A stretch of DNA of 55,528 nt, counting the filler, from Sluysia triapertura (taxonomy: Eukaryota): the NCBI GenBank assembly GCA_046118255.1. It is 4 parts of 4 records of this genome, joined end to end, with 100 filler letters (N's around TTAATTAATTAA, not from the genome) between each part and the next. Parts side by side here need not be neighbours in the genome. Positions count along the whole stretch, not along the records: positions 1 to 14,264 come from JBJNIA010001232.1; 3 more parts are not named here. One strand, 5' to 3'. The first letter of the stretch is position 1, and each line of letters opens with the position of its first letter. Both the position numbers and the translations under genes were made by a program. The notes beneath the pieces are model-generated. The model had not been told where the DNA came from. It did not search any database and saw nothing but the letters and a program-made list of their open reading frames with translations. Of the stretch, positions 1 to 12,187 are shown one piece after another.

Positions 1-185
1 TAAAAAATATTAAAAATCTGTATTTTAATTTTCCTTACTTCAATAAAAATGTTTTTGATTCTTCGCAATATAAAACTTGAAATTAAAACAAATTTAATTA
101 AGTAAAATATTATATGATATTTTAAAATGTAATATTTGAAGTTAATATTTAAAATTTAAATAATATTTTTTATTATTTCTCTGAA

Positions 186-243
186 ATCTCGCGACATATT
201 TGCACATTTTTCGCGACACACTATTGTGTCGCGACACACACTG
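186..243. mobile_element. hAT MITE end
   Basis: Repeated TCGCGACAC subterminal motif and GTGTCGCGACAC palindrome. Confidence 0.5.
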
Positions 244-438
244 ATCTATACTATACGATTTACACCTATTAGAAGACATGTATAGGCCACAAGCTCTAAA
301 TCAAAATTACTAAAAGTGTAAAGTTTACACAACTAAATTACTAAATTCAGTTAAGATAATAAAAATAATATATTTTACAATGAAATAATCTATGGCAGAC
401 ATTAATATGGATTTTATGATTAGTTTAAATTAAATATG

Positions 439-1352
439 TGCTATGGTTTTCCTTCATGCTAAACCTACGGCAAAATAAAATTGATCAGGGTCGGTTACAG
501 TAAGCCTCTTACAACTAATAGTTGACACCTATGTATGTAAGTAAAGTAAAATCGTACTTAAATCTCTTGAGAATGTAACTTATAACACATTCTCATTATG
601 AGGGTCTTAGACCAATTCATCAGTAAATAAATAACAATATTTAACTTTTATTATTAACATAAAAACAGATTTAATATTATAATAAAGATAATATAATAAT
701 ATAATCAAAATTCCTTAAAATATTTGATTCAAATTGAAAGTTTAATAATCTAAAACTCCTCCCATTACATCGAGGATGAAAAGCAGTTAAATAAAATATT
801 TTAGAGTTTGATTTTAATAATTTTATCTTCTCAGAGAAGATAAAAATACCTTATAAAAAGCAAATTACTGTAGACATGGATGATAAAATAGAATTTCCAA
901 AATCCAGTTATGGTTTTTGAATTAAAAACCAAAACAGAATAGTTGAATAATTTTATATTAACTACAAAAGCGACTGTAAAAGCTATGTATCTGCAATACT
1001 AAAAAATCAAGTTGACTGACTGATTAATTGGTTGAATTATTAAATGGCTGACTAAATTTTAATGGTCGTATTATTAACTTACTGAATAAAATTAAATGGC
1101 GATTTTCATTAAAATGATGTAAGTTTATAAACTAGTCATCAGCCAGTGTAAATCGATGGAATGTTTTAGAACATTCTAGAAGTTTATATTCTATTTATAT
1201 AAGCAAATTTTATTTTTTAGAATTTCTATTTTCTTTTTTGAAAATAGATGTTTTTTTGGATATTTAGAAACTCTAAAATATTTTTTAAATTATTTAAAAC
1301 ATTTTAAATAATATTTTATGTAATTTTGGAGGTTCGTGATAGCTACCTAACA
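439..1352 (-). mobile_element. Solo LTR, family 1
   Basis: Reverse strand TGTTAGGT...AAAACCATAGCA; flanks TATG/CATG; homologous along its length to other copies. Confidence 0.8.
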
Positions 1353-1739
1353 CATGGAAAAGTAATTAATTATTTACGTCAATTTTAGCTCTACCTTGAA
1401 GCAAAGCAATTTTATCAACAATAACAAATGACAAAAAAATGAATGTTTCTTCCGCAATAATGTGGATCAATTGTCCCTTATGAAATTGAGTGTAACTCAA
1501 ACAATGGAATGAAAACGCTTCAATCTGTAAATGTAACCCAAAGTTATATTGTATTTATGTTTTTTTGATTCATATTTGCCCTTCCTATACACTACTATAC
1601 ACTGTTAGGTATTAGTAAATAATAAATTTGATTTGATGTAGTTCTATAAGCTTCATAATTGATTTTCGGTTTTCACACCACATTTTCTAATGAAAATTTT
1701 TTAAGGTTCTTATTCTCAAACAACCACTCTACAGATATT

Positions 1740-2600
1740 TGTTAGGTCTGCCATCACGACCCTTTAAAATCTTATAAAATTTTTTAAAATTATTTATAAG
1801 TGTCAAAAAACACCTAAAAAATATTAATTTTCCAAAAAAGAAATTATATTTTTCCAAAAAAGAAAATAAGATTTCTAAAATAGAAAATAAGCTTCTAAAA
1901 ACAGATTCGAAGCATCTAGAATGTTCTAGAATATTTTAGAACATTCAATCGATTTTCATTGGATGATGACTAGAATATAAACTGGCATCTTACAATGAAA
2001 ATCGCCATTTAATTGATTCAGCCATTATAATCGTCGCCATCTTAATTCAGTTATTCAGCTCATTCAGTTTATTTGGTTTTCTACGCTTTTTGGGAATTTT
2101 ACATTCATTTGGAAGCAAATTCAAATCTATTTATCGAGCATTTTTACAAATCCATGCAAGGGTAAAATATTTTATTATTAAGGGGATTTTGGTTTTTTAA
2201 AATCAGAATCGTAAAATACAGGAAAAATCAATTGTATCATAAATTTTTGTAAGGACCCCAATATAGTGAGGGGAAATTTCATACTTAAAATCTTATTCAT
2301 TATTTGATCAAATATCCCAATAGGATTTTGTTCATAAAATACATTTTATTTCACTCTATTTTCCATTTTCATTTCGTCTTATTTGTAATATTTATTTTTG
2401 TATAAATAATAAATTTAACGAAGTTAATTGATTTTTATTTAATTATTGTGACATTTTAAGGCCCTCTAAACGAGTTAAGAGTAATATTAAGTAAAGTAAG
2501 AATTTTCACTTATAAGCTACAGAGGTGCCAACTATTAGTTGTAAGACGCTTACTGTAGCCGGACGCTGCTCAATTTTATTTTGCCGTAGGTTTAGTATTA
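1740..2600 (+). mobile_element. Solo LTR, family 1 (last bases missing)
   Basis: TGTTAGGTCTGCCATCACGACC start, HSE/TATA block, ...TTTTGCCGTAGGTTTAG end. Confidence 0.8.
1908..1981 (+). promoter_or_regulatory. Heat-shock-element array plus TATA box in family 1 LTR
   Basis: cGAAg cATCt aGAAt gTTCt aGAAt aTTTt aGAAc aTTCa, then TATAAA at 1976. Confidence 0.6.
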
Positions 2601-2982
2601 TGATCTATTTTTATCTATTATGGAATATTTTTCGGCAATTTTAATTAGTGAAATAATTTTTAAATGAATTTCAATATATAACTTCGTTTATTTTATTTAC
2701 TTATAATTTATTATTACTGGCTATAACTATTTTTAAAAAAAGTATATTTAAAACTATTTGTTTCAATATTTATGTTTCAATAAATCATAAAGTATATGAA
2801 TTTTTAAAAATTTATTCACTTAATAAATAGCATGTTTGTATTTTATTTTTAACAAACGATTTCGTTTATGGTGGGTTTAATCGAAAAAAAGTTATTTAAT
2901 TATTAGGCAAATTTATATTTTGGTTTTTATCGTGTTTGAAAATTATATATTTGAATAATTTGTATTATTAATAAAAAAAATT

Positions 2983-3397
2983 ATGATTCGACCAAAGGTC
3001 CTTACATCAACCCTTAATCATTTTATTGGTTCTGGCGTTGATTCTGTTATTTTATTTAATCAAGAAGGAATTTTATTATCACATTCGACTATAAAAACAT
3101 GTGCAGAGAAAATGCGATCTGCAATAGCTGCTAATATTTGGAATATATATCAGAGGCATTTAGAAAACATACAGGCAGTACTCATATTTTTAATATTTGT
3201 GACGCTTTTAGGATGATCAAATACAAGAACTATTGCTGGAATTTGATGATGGGAAAGTTGGTATTGTTAAAGTTGAAAATTCTTTGCTCTGCCTTTGTGG
3301 ATCTAAAGATTCCGATTTTGGATTAATTAGAACAAAAATGAATAATTTAACTAGAATTTTAGCTGAGCCCTTATCAAAATTAACTGCTTTTACTTAA
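2983..3397 (+). CDS. LAMTOR2: Ragulator complex subunit LAMTOR2 (Roadblock/LC7 fold), 2 exons: 2983-3177 + 3212-3397, 126 aa
   Basis: MIRPKVLT start and AIAANIWNIY motif; removing the 34-nt GT..AG intron 3178-3211 gives DDQIQELLLEFDDGKVGIVKVENSLLCLCGSKDSDFGLIRTKMNNLTRILAEPLSKLTAFT*, colinear with the known LAMTOR2 C-terminus (LLC...FG..K.K...L...LEEPL). Confidence 0.93.
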
Positions 3398-4636
3398 TTT
3401 TGTGATAAATGAAAGTTTGATTTTCAACATTGTTCTTACTTTATAATTTTTAGTAATGATTTTAATTACAGTTACACAGTAATTAAATCTACTTAGTTTA
3501 TTCTGCTTAAGTTAGTAAATGTGTTATTCTTTGTACAGCACATTATTGGGCGTTTCAGTGTGTTAAGCTTCTGAGATTAAACAATTAATATCTAATCTAC
3601 GTGTGGTATGTTTTTTGTTGAAGTATTAATTTCAGTTGAGTGGAGTTTTCAGAAGCAAAGATTATGTAAGCATATAAGTCCAACGAACAATTATTTTAGA
3701 CAATGCTTTATCTAGTTTATTTTAATCAGTGTTTGAAGATTAATTGAAGTTCTAAGTCTAATGTGATTACGAATAACCTTGAAGATATTTTTATAAAACA
3801 ACAATTGAACTACATAAATATGCATTTATATAAGTTTTGAATTAATACTTTGTAAATTTTTCTGTTTTACCTTCGTAAATTGTATTGCCGTCATTAATGC
3901 TTTATTTAAGCAGTTATCGTTTAAATCAAGTGATAATAATTTTAAAATGCAAATGTTTAAGTATGTATAATGATAGTTATGAACTAATATTTGCAAATTT
4001 ATTCATCTAATAGTAAAAATTGTCAAGTTTTTTCACTAAACTTTGTAATATGGCTTACCTTTGATAATTTAAATTGAAATAAATTAAAATTACGATTATT
4101 TTTTTATAGGTGAATTTAATATTATAAAGTTCAAAATAACTTGAATAATAGAAAACATTTAATTAATGAATTAATTAAATGATTGTATTTGGGAATATGA
4201 ATTCATGATCTTTTAGTATTGATTCAATCAAAATTTTAAAGTCACGAAAATATGAGTTTCTTTCGAATCTACATAACCAAAGTATATAATGATTTAAGAT
4301 TGTTAATCAGTAACATCAATTTCGCCACTTGTCCATTATGTTAAACTCACTATGTTTTATAAACTAATCATTTCGAAATATAAATGAGTTTTATACTAAA
4401 ATCATAATCTTAATTAATCCTCTACAGGTCTAGCAAAAACACAAAGTTTTCACAACAAACTCAAAAAAAACATAGTCATATCGAATTTAAATTATTTATT
4501 TATTAATTTAATGACGTTTTTATTATATTTATGTAAAAATTGCAATGTCGAGGTTGCTCCGACAGTAAACCGCAAAGGGTTATTTAAAAAAATAATGAAC
4601 TGCATTTTAACAATTGTTAAAAATCTTTAATTAAGG

Positions 4637-5371
4637 TGCTGTAGTTTTTCTTATTCCTAACCTACGGCAAAATATGTTTTGAGCAGGCTCTGGTTACAGT
4701 AAACGTCTTATGTCGTAAAGAGGATGTTTCAGTAACAATATGAGCTAATAATTTATCTAAATTTAGATGTTAAATGACTAGGGTCTCACAATATATCTAT
4801 ATAACAACACAAAAATATCAAATTTATCTAAAATTCAAAATTTTAACGACGATAGTACCAAGATAAAGAATACAAAAATAATTATTTTATGGATTAAAGC
4901 TCCGTCAGCATTTAATCTAATACTAAAATAATTTGAGTTGATTTTAACCCTCAATATATCGGTGATTTAAAAACTTTACAAAATAATATAAAATTTACCT
5001 GTAATGTAAAATTTCAACTTCAAAAATTGAAATTGACCCTACAAATATATAATTTACCAAACAATGGATTTTCAAGTTTTGAATAACTGTGAATTGTGAA
5101 TCGTTACTAAAATTTCACAATTCCTCGTATTGCAGCAAATTGAAATGGGGATGATAAAATGGCGATTTTCATTAAACTGATGTTAGCCAATGAAAATCGA
5201 AAAATAATTTTCTTTTTGGAAAACGATTATTTTTAAAGTGATTTTAAAGATTAATAAATAGTTCTGAAGCATTGTATATGATTTTCATTGATTTTTAAAT
5301 AGTTTTAAATAAAATCTAAAGTGTTATTGACATTTTACATTATTTTACAGGATTGTGATGACAACCTAACA
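4637..5371 (-). mobile_element. Solo LTR, family 1, internally deleted
   Basis: TG...CA termini with perfect AAGG target-site duplication. Confidence 0.87.
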
Positions 5372-5999
5372 AAGGGTGTTAAAATTATATAGTTTTAAGC
5401 TTTTAAAATTAATCTTAGATTATTTTCATACCGTTTTAAATGCGATTGGTAAAAATATTATTTTTAAATCCTATTTAATAATAGATTATAAAATCTTTAT
5501 AATTAAACCCTTGTAAGTACAAGTGGATCAGTAATTAACGAGTTTGTAAACTCAAACAAAGTTAAACAATGAATTTTTAACTTTCCTTGATTATTATGTT
5601 GAATATTTTAATCCTTGAATAATTATGGCAATAGTTCTTTGCATTATATATAAGTTTAAACTTCTTAACCTCTAAACCTTATCACATTGTGAGCCTGAGG
5701 CTGTTAATTTTAATGATGATTGAATTAATTGAGTTTCTGCAGTCTTCTGTAATTAAAACAAATATTAATTAAAAATAAACAAAATAATTAAAATTAAAAA
5801 AAACTCTAAATGAACTTAAAATAAATAGGAAACAATTAACAATTAAGAGTCAATTAAAACAAATTAAAAATTAATTAACGAGCTTAAAATACATTAGAAT
5901 AGTAGCAAAATAAACAGAAAGAACATTAAATTAAAATTATTTAATTTGCAACACTTAGTATACACAAAAAAAGTGTATATAAAGAAGAGTTATAGAATT

Positions 6000-6430
6000 A
6001 TAGAGATTTTAAGATAAGAAAAGAAAATTATAAAAATGTTTAAAAAAATGAAAAGGAAAGTTTTGAGGATTTTACAGAAACGAGAAAGAAAATTATAAAA
6101 TTTCCTTTTAAGATAAGAAAAAGAAAATCATAAAAGTTTTAAAGAAAAAGAAAAGAACAAGAAAGTTTTAAAGATTTTAAAGAAAAGAGAAAAGAAAATT
6201 TATTGTTTTAATAATATTTATTATAAAGAAAGCTACATGCTACATCATACTTTCCAAAGAAGTTCAAAAAATTTGAAAAACTGCATTTTAAAAAATTAAT
6301 ATAAAGTTTTTAAAAGACGCACAAGCTATAATATTAGAAAATTATATTTTGGATTTTTAGAAGACGTGCAAGCTATAATACTAGAAAGTTACATTTTGCA
6401 TTCTTAGAGGACGTGCAAGGTATTAAGTTC
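6000..6430. repeat. Degenerate tandem repeats (about 100 bp x2; about 47 bp x3)
   Basis: TTTTAAGATAAGAAAAGAAAAT twice; AGACGYRCAAG-type unit near 6315, 6361 and 6408. Confidence 0.7.
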
Positions 6431-6500
6431 ACGTCTTATTTTCAAAGTGTGAATTATATTGAATTTCCAGTAAAATTATTTAAATAGAAATATCCGAATA

Positions 6501-6947
6501 ATGACAGATCAAGTTGGAAAATTTTCGCAATTAGAATATACCACGGGAACACAAAATCTTGGATGAAGACAATATTGATCAGTTAAATGATTTAACGTTT
6601 GGCGAAGAACAACCATGGGATTTCGATCAAGCTATATTAGATAACAAACAAGAAGCTGAAGAAATAAAATATGAGCCATTTATAAACCATGATGGTGACA
6701 AAGTTTCGTCAGACTCATTGAGTTTAACAGGCTCACTCTTTAACCGTAGTTTATTTGAATTTGGACAAAAACAAACAGATTGTGAATTTGGAACGATGAC
6801 TTTGAAATAGTAATTAAAAGACTGGAATTAATAGATGATTCACAAACGAGTGTACTTTATAAAACTCTCAACTATCATGAGAAGAAATTTATCGCTCACA
6901 ATTTTTGCGTTACTAAAATTGAGTATTACTTATGTCTTTACTATAAT
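6501..6947 (+). pseudogene. Frameshifted Pat1/PATL-like N-terminal fragment
   Basis: ORF 6559-6810 contains LDEDNIDQLNDLTFGEEQPWDFDQA, resembling the Pat1 acidic N-terminal IDxxNDxTFG...DW/FDF motif. Upstream ATG (6501) and downstream DDFEIVIKRLELIDD lie in other frames; GTAAGT donor-like site near 6948. Confidence 0.4.
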
Positions 6948-7429
6948 GTAAGTTTTTTGTGTGCTTTACGTTTTTATGCTCGAATAAATTCAACTTGTGT
7001 AGTAAATAAAACATGTCTTCTTTATTTTTTTGTGTTAATACAACAATATTTAAATTATAGTAATTTACAGTCATTAATTATTATTTTTATCTGTAAGGAC
7101 CTTATGTCCATGTTGTTTTCAAAAAATTCAAATTTAAATTTTAAAATTATAGCCCAAACAAATCTATACCGGCCATCACAGTGGTGTTAGGAATTAAAAA
7201 CTACACATTTTGATCATTTTTATATGTTCGTTTTTTTTAACGGTGGTTTTTGGAACAAATTGTACGATGTTGGCGGGATGATTTTTTTATCTGTAAAATT
7301 AGTTTAAATAAATGTTTAATTCCTTATAAAATTTCAAATCAATCAAAAAATAAACGTTACATTAATTACACTAATAATGACAACAGTAAAATGACAAAGA
7401 AAAATTCAAATAAATATAAATAGTGTACA

Positions 7430-8700
7430 CAAATAAATAAACTATGCCAATCGAATGATAATATCACGACACAATGTGAACCGCACCAACTCCAGCATCT
7501 GGAACCAATATCACATTTTGTTTGCCCAATAGCTATACAACTCTCAGAAAATGACACATGTAGTACAGCAACACACCCAACATTGAATATAAAACACCAC
7601 ATTAATATTCGCAACATTAACAATCAAAACCAAATAGTAAGTATAAACAAAACCATATCTAAACCGCGTCCAACCATACCAGAACAATCCAATCAGATAA
7701 ATAAAAAACATCAACCTCAAATAGAATATACTCTTAAACCATCTTACGGTAACCTTCACCCACATCACCATGCTAATACCAAATCGCAATATAAAATATT
7801 CCATACCATCAAACGGAACCACAACTGCGACAATAAAATTACAGGTTATGACTTCAATCAAATCGACAGAAATTACGCCTTTTCTACCCCTTCACTTTTT
7901 TCTTCGGAAAATGCAAGTGTCATTAATAGACACATAAACACTGTTCCAACCCTTAATTCCATAAACTGCTTAAGAATAAATACATCGGTCACACAAAATA
8001 ACCTAAAACCAATACTCAAGCACATCAATCATAAAAATACACGTATGACTAACACCAAATGCGAGACCTCTCAACATTCTAAATTAGTTACATATCGATC
8101 TAAACATGTTAGTTGGTCACTAAACCAAAACCTCACACACATCATTTCACGTAACAAGACACCAAACGAGAGGACCAATACCAACTCAACTATATCACCA
8201 ATGCAACCGATAAATCTCAGTTGCTAGCCTTAATAACCAAGTGTAACAAAGAGTTAAATCAACTACGCTTGGATATTGCAAAATATCCTATAACCACACA
8301 TTCACAAAATTCACTTTTACAAGAACATAAATCAACCCCACCAGTTACGGAAACTAAGCACGTTACATTACACGACACAAATAAAGAATCATCACCATTA
8401 GCCCAAAATTTATCATCTAAACAACGAACGACTCTCGTCTGTCATCAAACATAATCCGTACATTTACCAAACAAATTTGCCTCAGTAAACCAAAGATATA
8501 CAACTATACGCAATCAACACATTGACAGGGCCACAATAAATCAAAATTTAATACAAACTAAGCATAAACTTCCACTAGACACACAACACGAAAATCACGA
8601 ACCACCACAAACTTCAAAAATACACGTAACACCTGCAACACTCAAAAAAAACAGCTACAAAATAAATTATTCGCCCAACCCCTAAAAACCGCATTATCTC
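7430..8700 (+). other. A/C-biased low-complexity coding-like region (ORFs 7583-8227, 8221-8454), probably decayed retroelement internal ORF
   Basis: Long Asn/Thr/His/Lys-rich ORFs directly upstream of Gypsy pol; no recognisable domain. Confidence 0.35.
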
Positions 8701-8739
8701 TTCCTTTCTCAAATATTGCACAAAATAAACAATCCATTT

Positions 8740-9880
8740 TTGGATGAAAGCATTTCGAATATTTGCTGCTTCCAGCTCAGTTCATATTAGGATCGGACCA
8801 CAAGCCGCTGTTACACATTTTCAACATGAAGAATCCAACACCCAGGTAACAACGGCACATCAGTTACCTTTCCCAATTCAATTTCCATATTGAATACATT
8901 CCGGGACAAGAAAACGTGGTCGCGGATGCTTTATCCCGTGTAGAAATCAACAGCATAGACTTTCTACCTATGTTTACTGTTGAGGATTTACAAAAAAATC
9001 CACTTACAAGTCCAGATATTTCCAAATTCAGCTCCACGCCAGTATTGCGTGAGGGAATTTATTTTGACTTCCAGTTATCAGGTATATCTCGCCCAGTTTT
9101 AGGCCAACAGCTTAGATTTCGAGCTTTCCAATATATACACAACATTACTCACTGTGCAGCTAAGGCCACATATGAAGTCCTACGCTCCAAAGTGATTTGG
9201 CCATCAATGCACAAAGATATCAAACTCTGGTGTAAAGCTTGTTTGATATGCCAATCTGTGAAAGTTCACAAACATATCAAATCAGGACCACTTCATTTCC
9301 AAACTGGTCACTTATTCGAAACTATTCATATGGACATTGTCGGTCCATTACCACAATCTCGCGGCTACACATACTTGTTAACAATTATAGACCGACATAG
9401 TCGTTGGCCAGAAGTGTTCCCAATCAGAAATATAACTTCGGAGACTATTTCTAAAATCCTAGTTTCAAACTAGATTTCTCGCTTCGGAGTTCCTAAAAGG
9501 ATTATAACAGATCAAGGAGCTCAATTCGAGTCTAGTCTATTCAATAATTTAATACACCAACTGGGCAGTACTGGGCATACCACCCGCAATCAAACGGTAT
9601 GACAGAGAGGTTTCACCGCACCCTCAAAAACTCCTTGCGTACATTGTCAATACATCATAACTAGGTTGACGCACAACTTTTAATACTTTTAGGTTGGCGT
9701 AATATACCACATACTTCAACTGGATGTTCGCCAGCTCAGATAGTCCTAGGCACCAACACAAGGTTATCATTCGAACTATTCGAGTCTAATAATCCTACCA
9801 AAAAACTATATTCACCTCTTTTACGAGATTATTTCAACGAACTGGACAAAACACCTCGTCACAACAACAGCTCCATTAAT
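8740..9880 (+). pseudogene. Ty3/Gypsy pol fragment: RNase H end plus integrase (disrupted)
   Basis: SDHKPL, IEYIPG.ENVVADALSR, zinc-binding H...H...C..C, IHMDIVGPLPQS.GY.YLLTIIDR.SRWP, ITDQGAQFES, HPQSNG..ERFHRTLK; in-frame stops (e.g. 9471) and frameshifts. Confidence 0.93.
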
Positions 9881-9889
9881 TTTCGCGAA

Positions 9890-10823
9890 TGAGCTTGTTA
9901 ACACAAATAATGAAACTATCCCGTTGCGAATATTAAATTATTCAAATTCTAATGTAATATTAAGAAAAGGAACTAATGTTAACCTTTATTACCTACAGAA
10001 TCAGTTAAAGATCCAGTGAAAAATATCAAACAAATAAATCAAATTGATATTCAATTTTTAACACTGGAACAAAACTAGATATTGATGAAATTGTTTAATA
10101 AATTTCAGGTCGTTTTTCGTAAAAATGAAACCGACTCAGGACGAACAAATATAATAAAACATTATATACGTTTTACTGACAAAAAGCCTATAAAACAAAA
10201 ACCATATAGATTACCTTATGCTCTTACAGACGAAGTTACCAAACAAATTGATGATATGAAACAGAATAATGTGATACGACGTAGGTTTTCTCCATGGGCT
10301 TCTCCGATAGTTTTGGTAAAAAAGAAAGATGGAAAATTCAGATTTTGTGTTGATTATAGAAAATTAAATAATTTAACAAAAAAAGATACATTCCCATTAC
10401 CGCGAATTGATGAAATGCTAGATAAATTCAATAATTCTACCTTTTTTTACGTCTATAGATTTGAAAACAGGTTATTGGCAGATTGAAATTGCTGAAGATA
10501 AATTTAAAACAGCATTTACTACACATAATGAATTGTTTGAGTTTAACGTTCTTCCTTTTGGATTAACGGGAGGTCCAGCATCATTTCAGAGATGCATGTC
10601 ACACACATTGATGGATGTGACACACGATATGGTATATATTGATATTCTTATTTATTCAGTATCATTCGAAGATATAGCACAAGTTTTGCAACGTCTTGAA
10701 ATTGCGGGACTGAAGATTAAACCTAGTAAGTGTGAATGGGCCAAAGCTAGTGTAACATTTTTAGGACATGTTGTATCAAAACAAGGTATCCAACATCCAA
10801 AAATTCACATAATACGTATTTAA
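9890..10823 (+). pseudogene. Ty3/Gypsy reverse transcriptase fragment (frameshifted)
   Basis: PIKQKPYRLP, SPWASPIVLVKKKDG..RFCVDYRKLN, FPLPRIDEML, GYWQI, KTAF, PFGL, degenerate YIDD (YID-IL), KPSKC, FLGHVVS. Confidence 0.94.
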
Positions 10824-12187
10824 CAACGTCTGATCACTCTCTTTGTTAAGGTACAATTACGATATAAATTTGGTTATAATACTGACCTATCAAGATATCT
10901 ACAAATGCAGCTAAAGTATATGTAAATCACTTAAAGTAAAGTATATAAAGTATAAGAATTTTCAACCTAATCCTCTTTGCACTGTTGCCACGTTGGTCGC
11001 TGTTATTCTTTGTAGTGAATTGTATTTTAGCGTATAACTCACATATATTTGTCTAATAGCATTTTTTAACGAATTTTATAAAATGCATTGAGGTAAAAGG
11101 TACTTTTTTATATCGTTATTCTTTAGGCATACTTCACGTTACTTATAGATACGCTGTATACTGCAAGCGGACTCTAAATGTTAATTTATTTTGCTGTTTT
11201 AGGCAAAAAAACCCAGCACAATGTAGCACCATTAAGCCGCAATTATTGTTGTTCAAAGTGCTTAAATAATTTTTGTTAATGCATAAATTAAAATAATGAA
11301 AAATGTTTTTGATCACAATTCTTTCACATGTATGCGGCAGCCAGTTCCTGTTTTAAAAATAGGGCTGTAGCCTCAGAATATTGCTTAATTAACGGTGTTG
11401 ATTAGCGGCTGAATTATACATCCAATTCAAATAGCATTCATGTTTTCGAGGTTAGGCAACTTTAAATATTAGCCAAGAAAAAAGTAAAAGAAACTTCAAT
11501 CCTGTATGTGCAATAAAACAATTTCTGTTTGATTTTCCAATATCATTAAGTAATCACAAAGCGACAGTAATTCAAAAAGTAACAGTTCATTGGAAGCATT
11601 TTTATAAGTATTAGAAGTTACTTGACTCTACTTAAGAAAAGCAACACTGATGTTCTATAATTTCTGCGTCAATTCCGTATTTGACATTCAAACTCACATT
11701 TTAGCTCAAATGTAAAACCTAATTGATATTGTGTTGTTTTTATCACATACTTTTCATTAATACGAATAAAATTTACTCATTTTTACGGTCAAAAAATCCG
11801 ATTTTCACTTAAAATCGAATCAACTTCTGAGATTGAGCTAATTTTGACTAAATATCGAAATTAGTTCTAATCACGTTACTCTAATTTTAAATCAACTAAA
11901 ATACATTTCTCTTTAGATGATTACCTCACGTTCATTTAGCACTAATTTAATTGTTAAATATCCAAAATAAATTAAAACTTTTGTACAAATAATAAATACA
12001 TCAAATATTTGACTTCGCCACTCTGAATGATTCAGCAACTTAGAAAACACTCCGGATATTATATTTAAAAATTAATTCTAAAAAATAATTGTATTTCATA
12101 TACAAATTGAAAACACCGATACTTCAATTTACTGTGGAATTTTTCAAAGTTAATTTACAATTCATAACATTTGATTGTACAAAACTT

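Noticed and set aside
3138-3326. Overlapping 62-aa ORF
   Set aside because: Alternative frame across the LAMTOR2 intron.
7366-7861. Minus-strand hydrophobic ORFs
   Set aside because: Antisense shadows of the A/C-rich + strand ORF.
10960-11720. Higher-complexity tract with splice-like sites
   Set aside because: All frames tried are short or unrecognisable; possibly decayed transposon.
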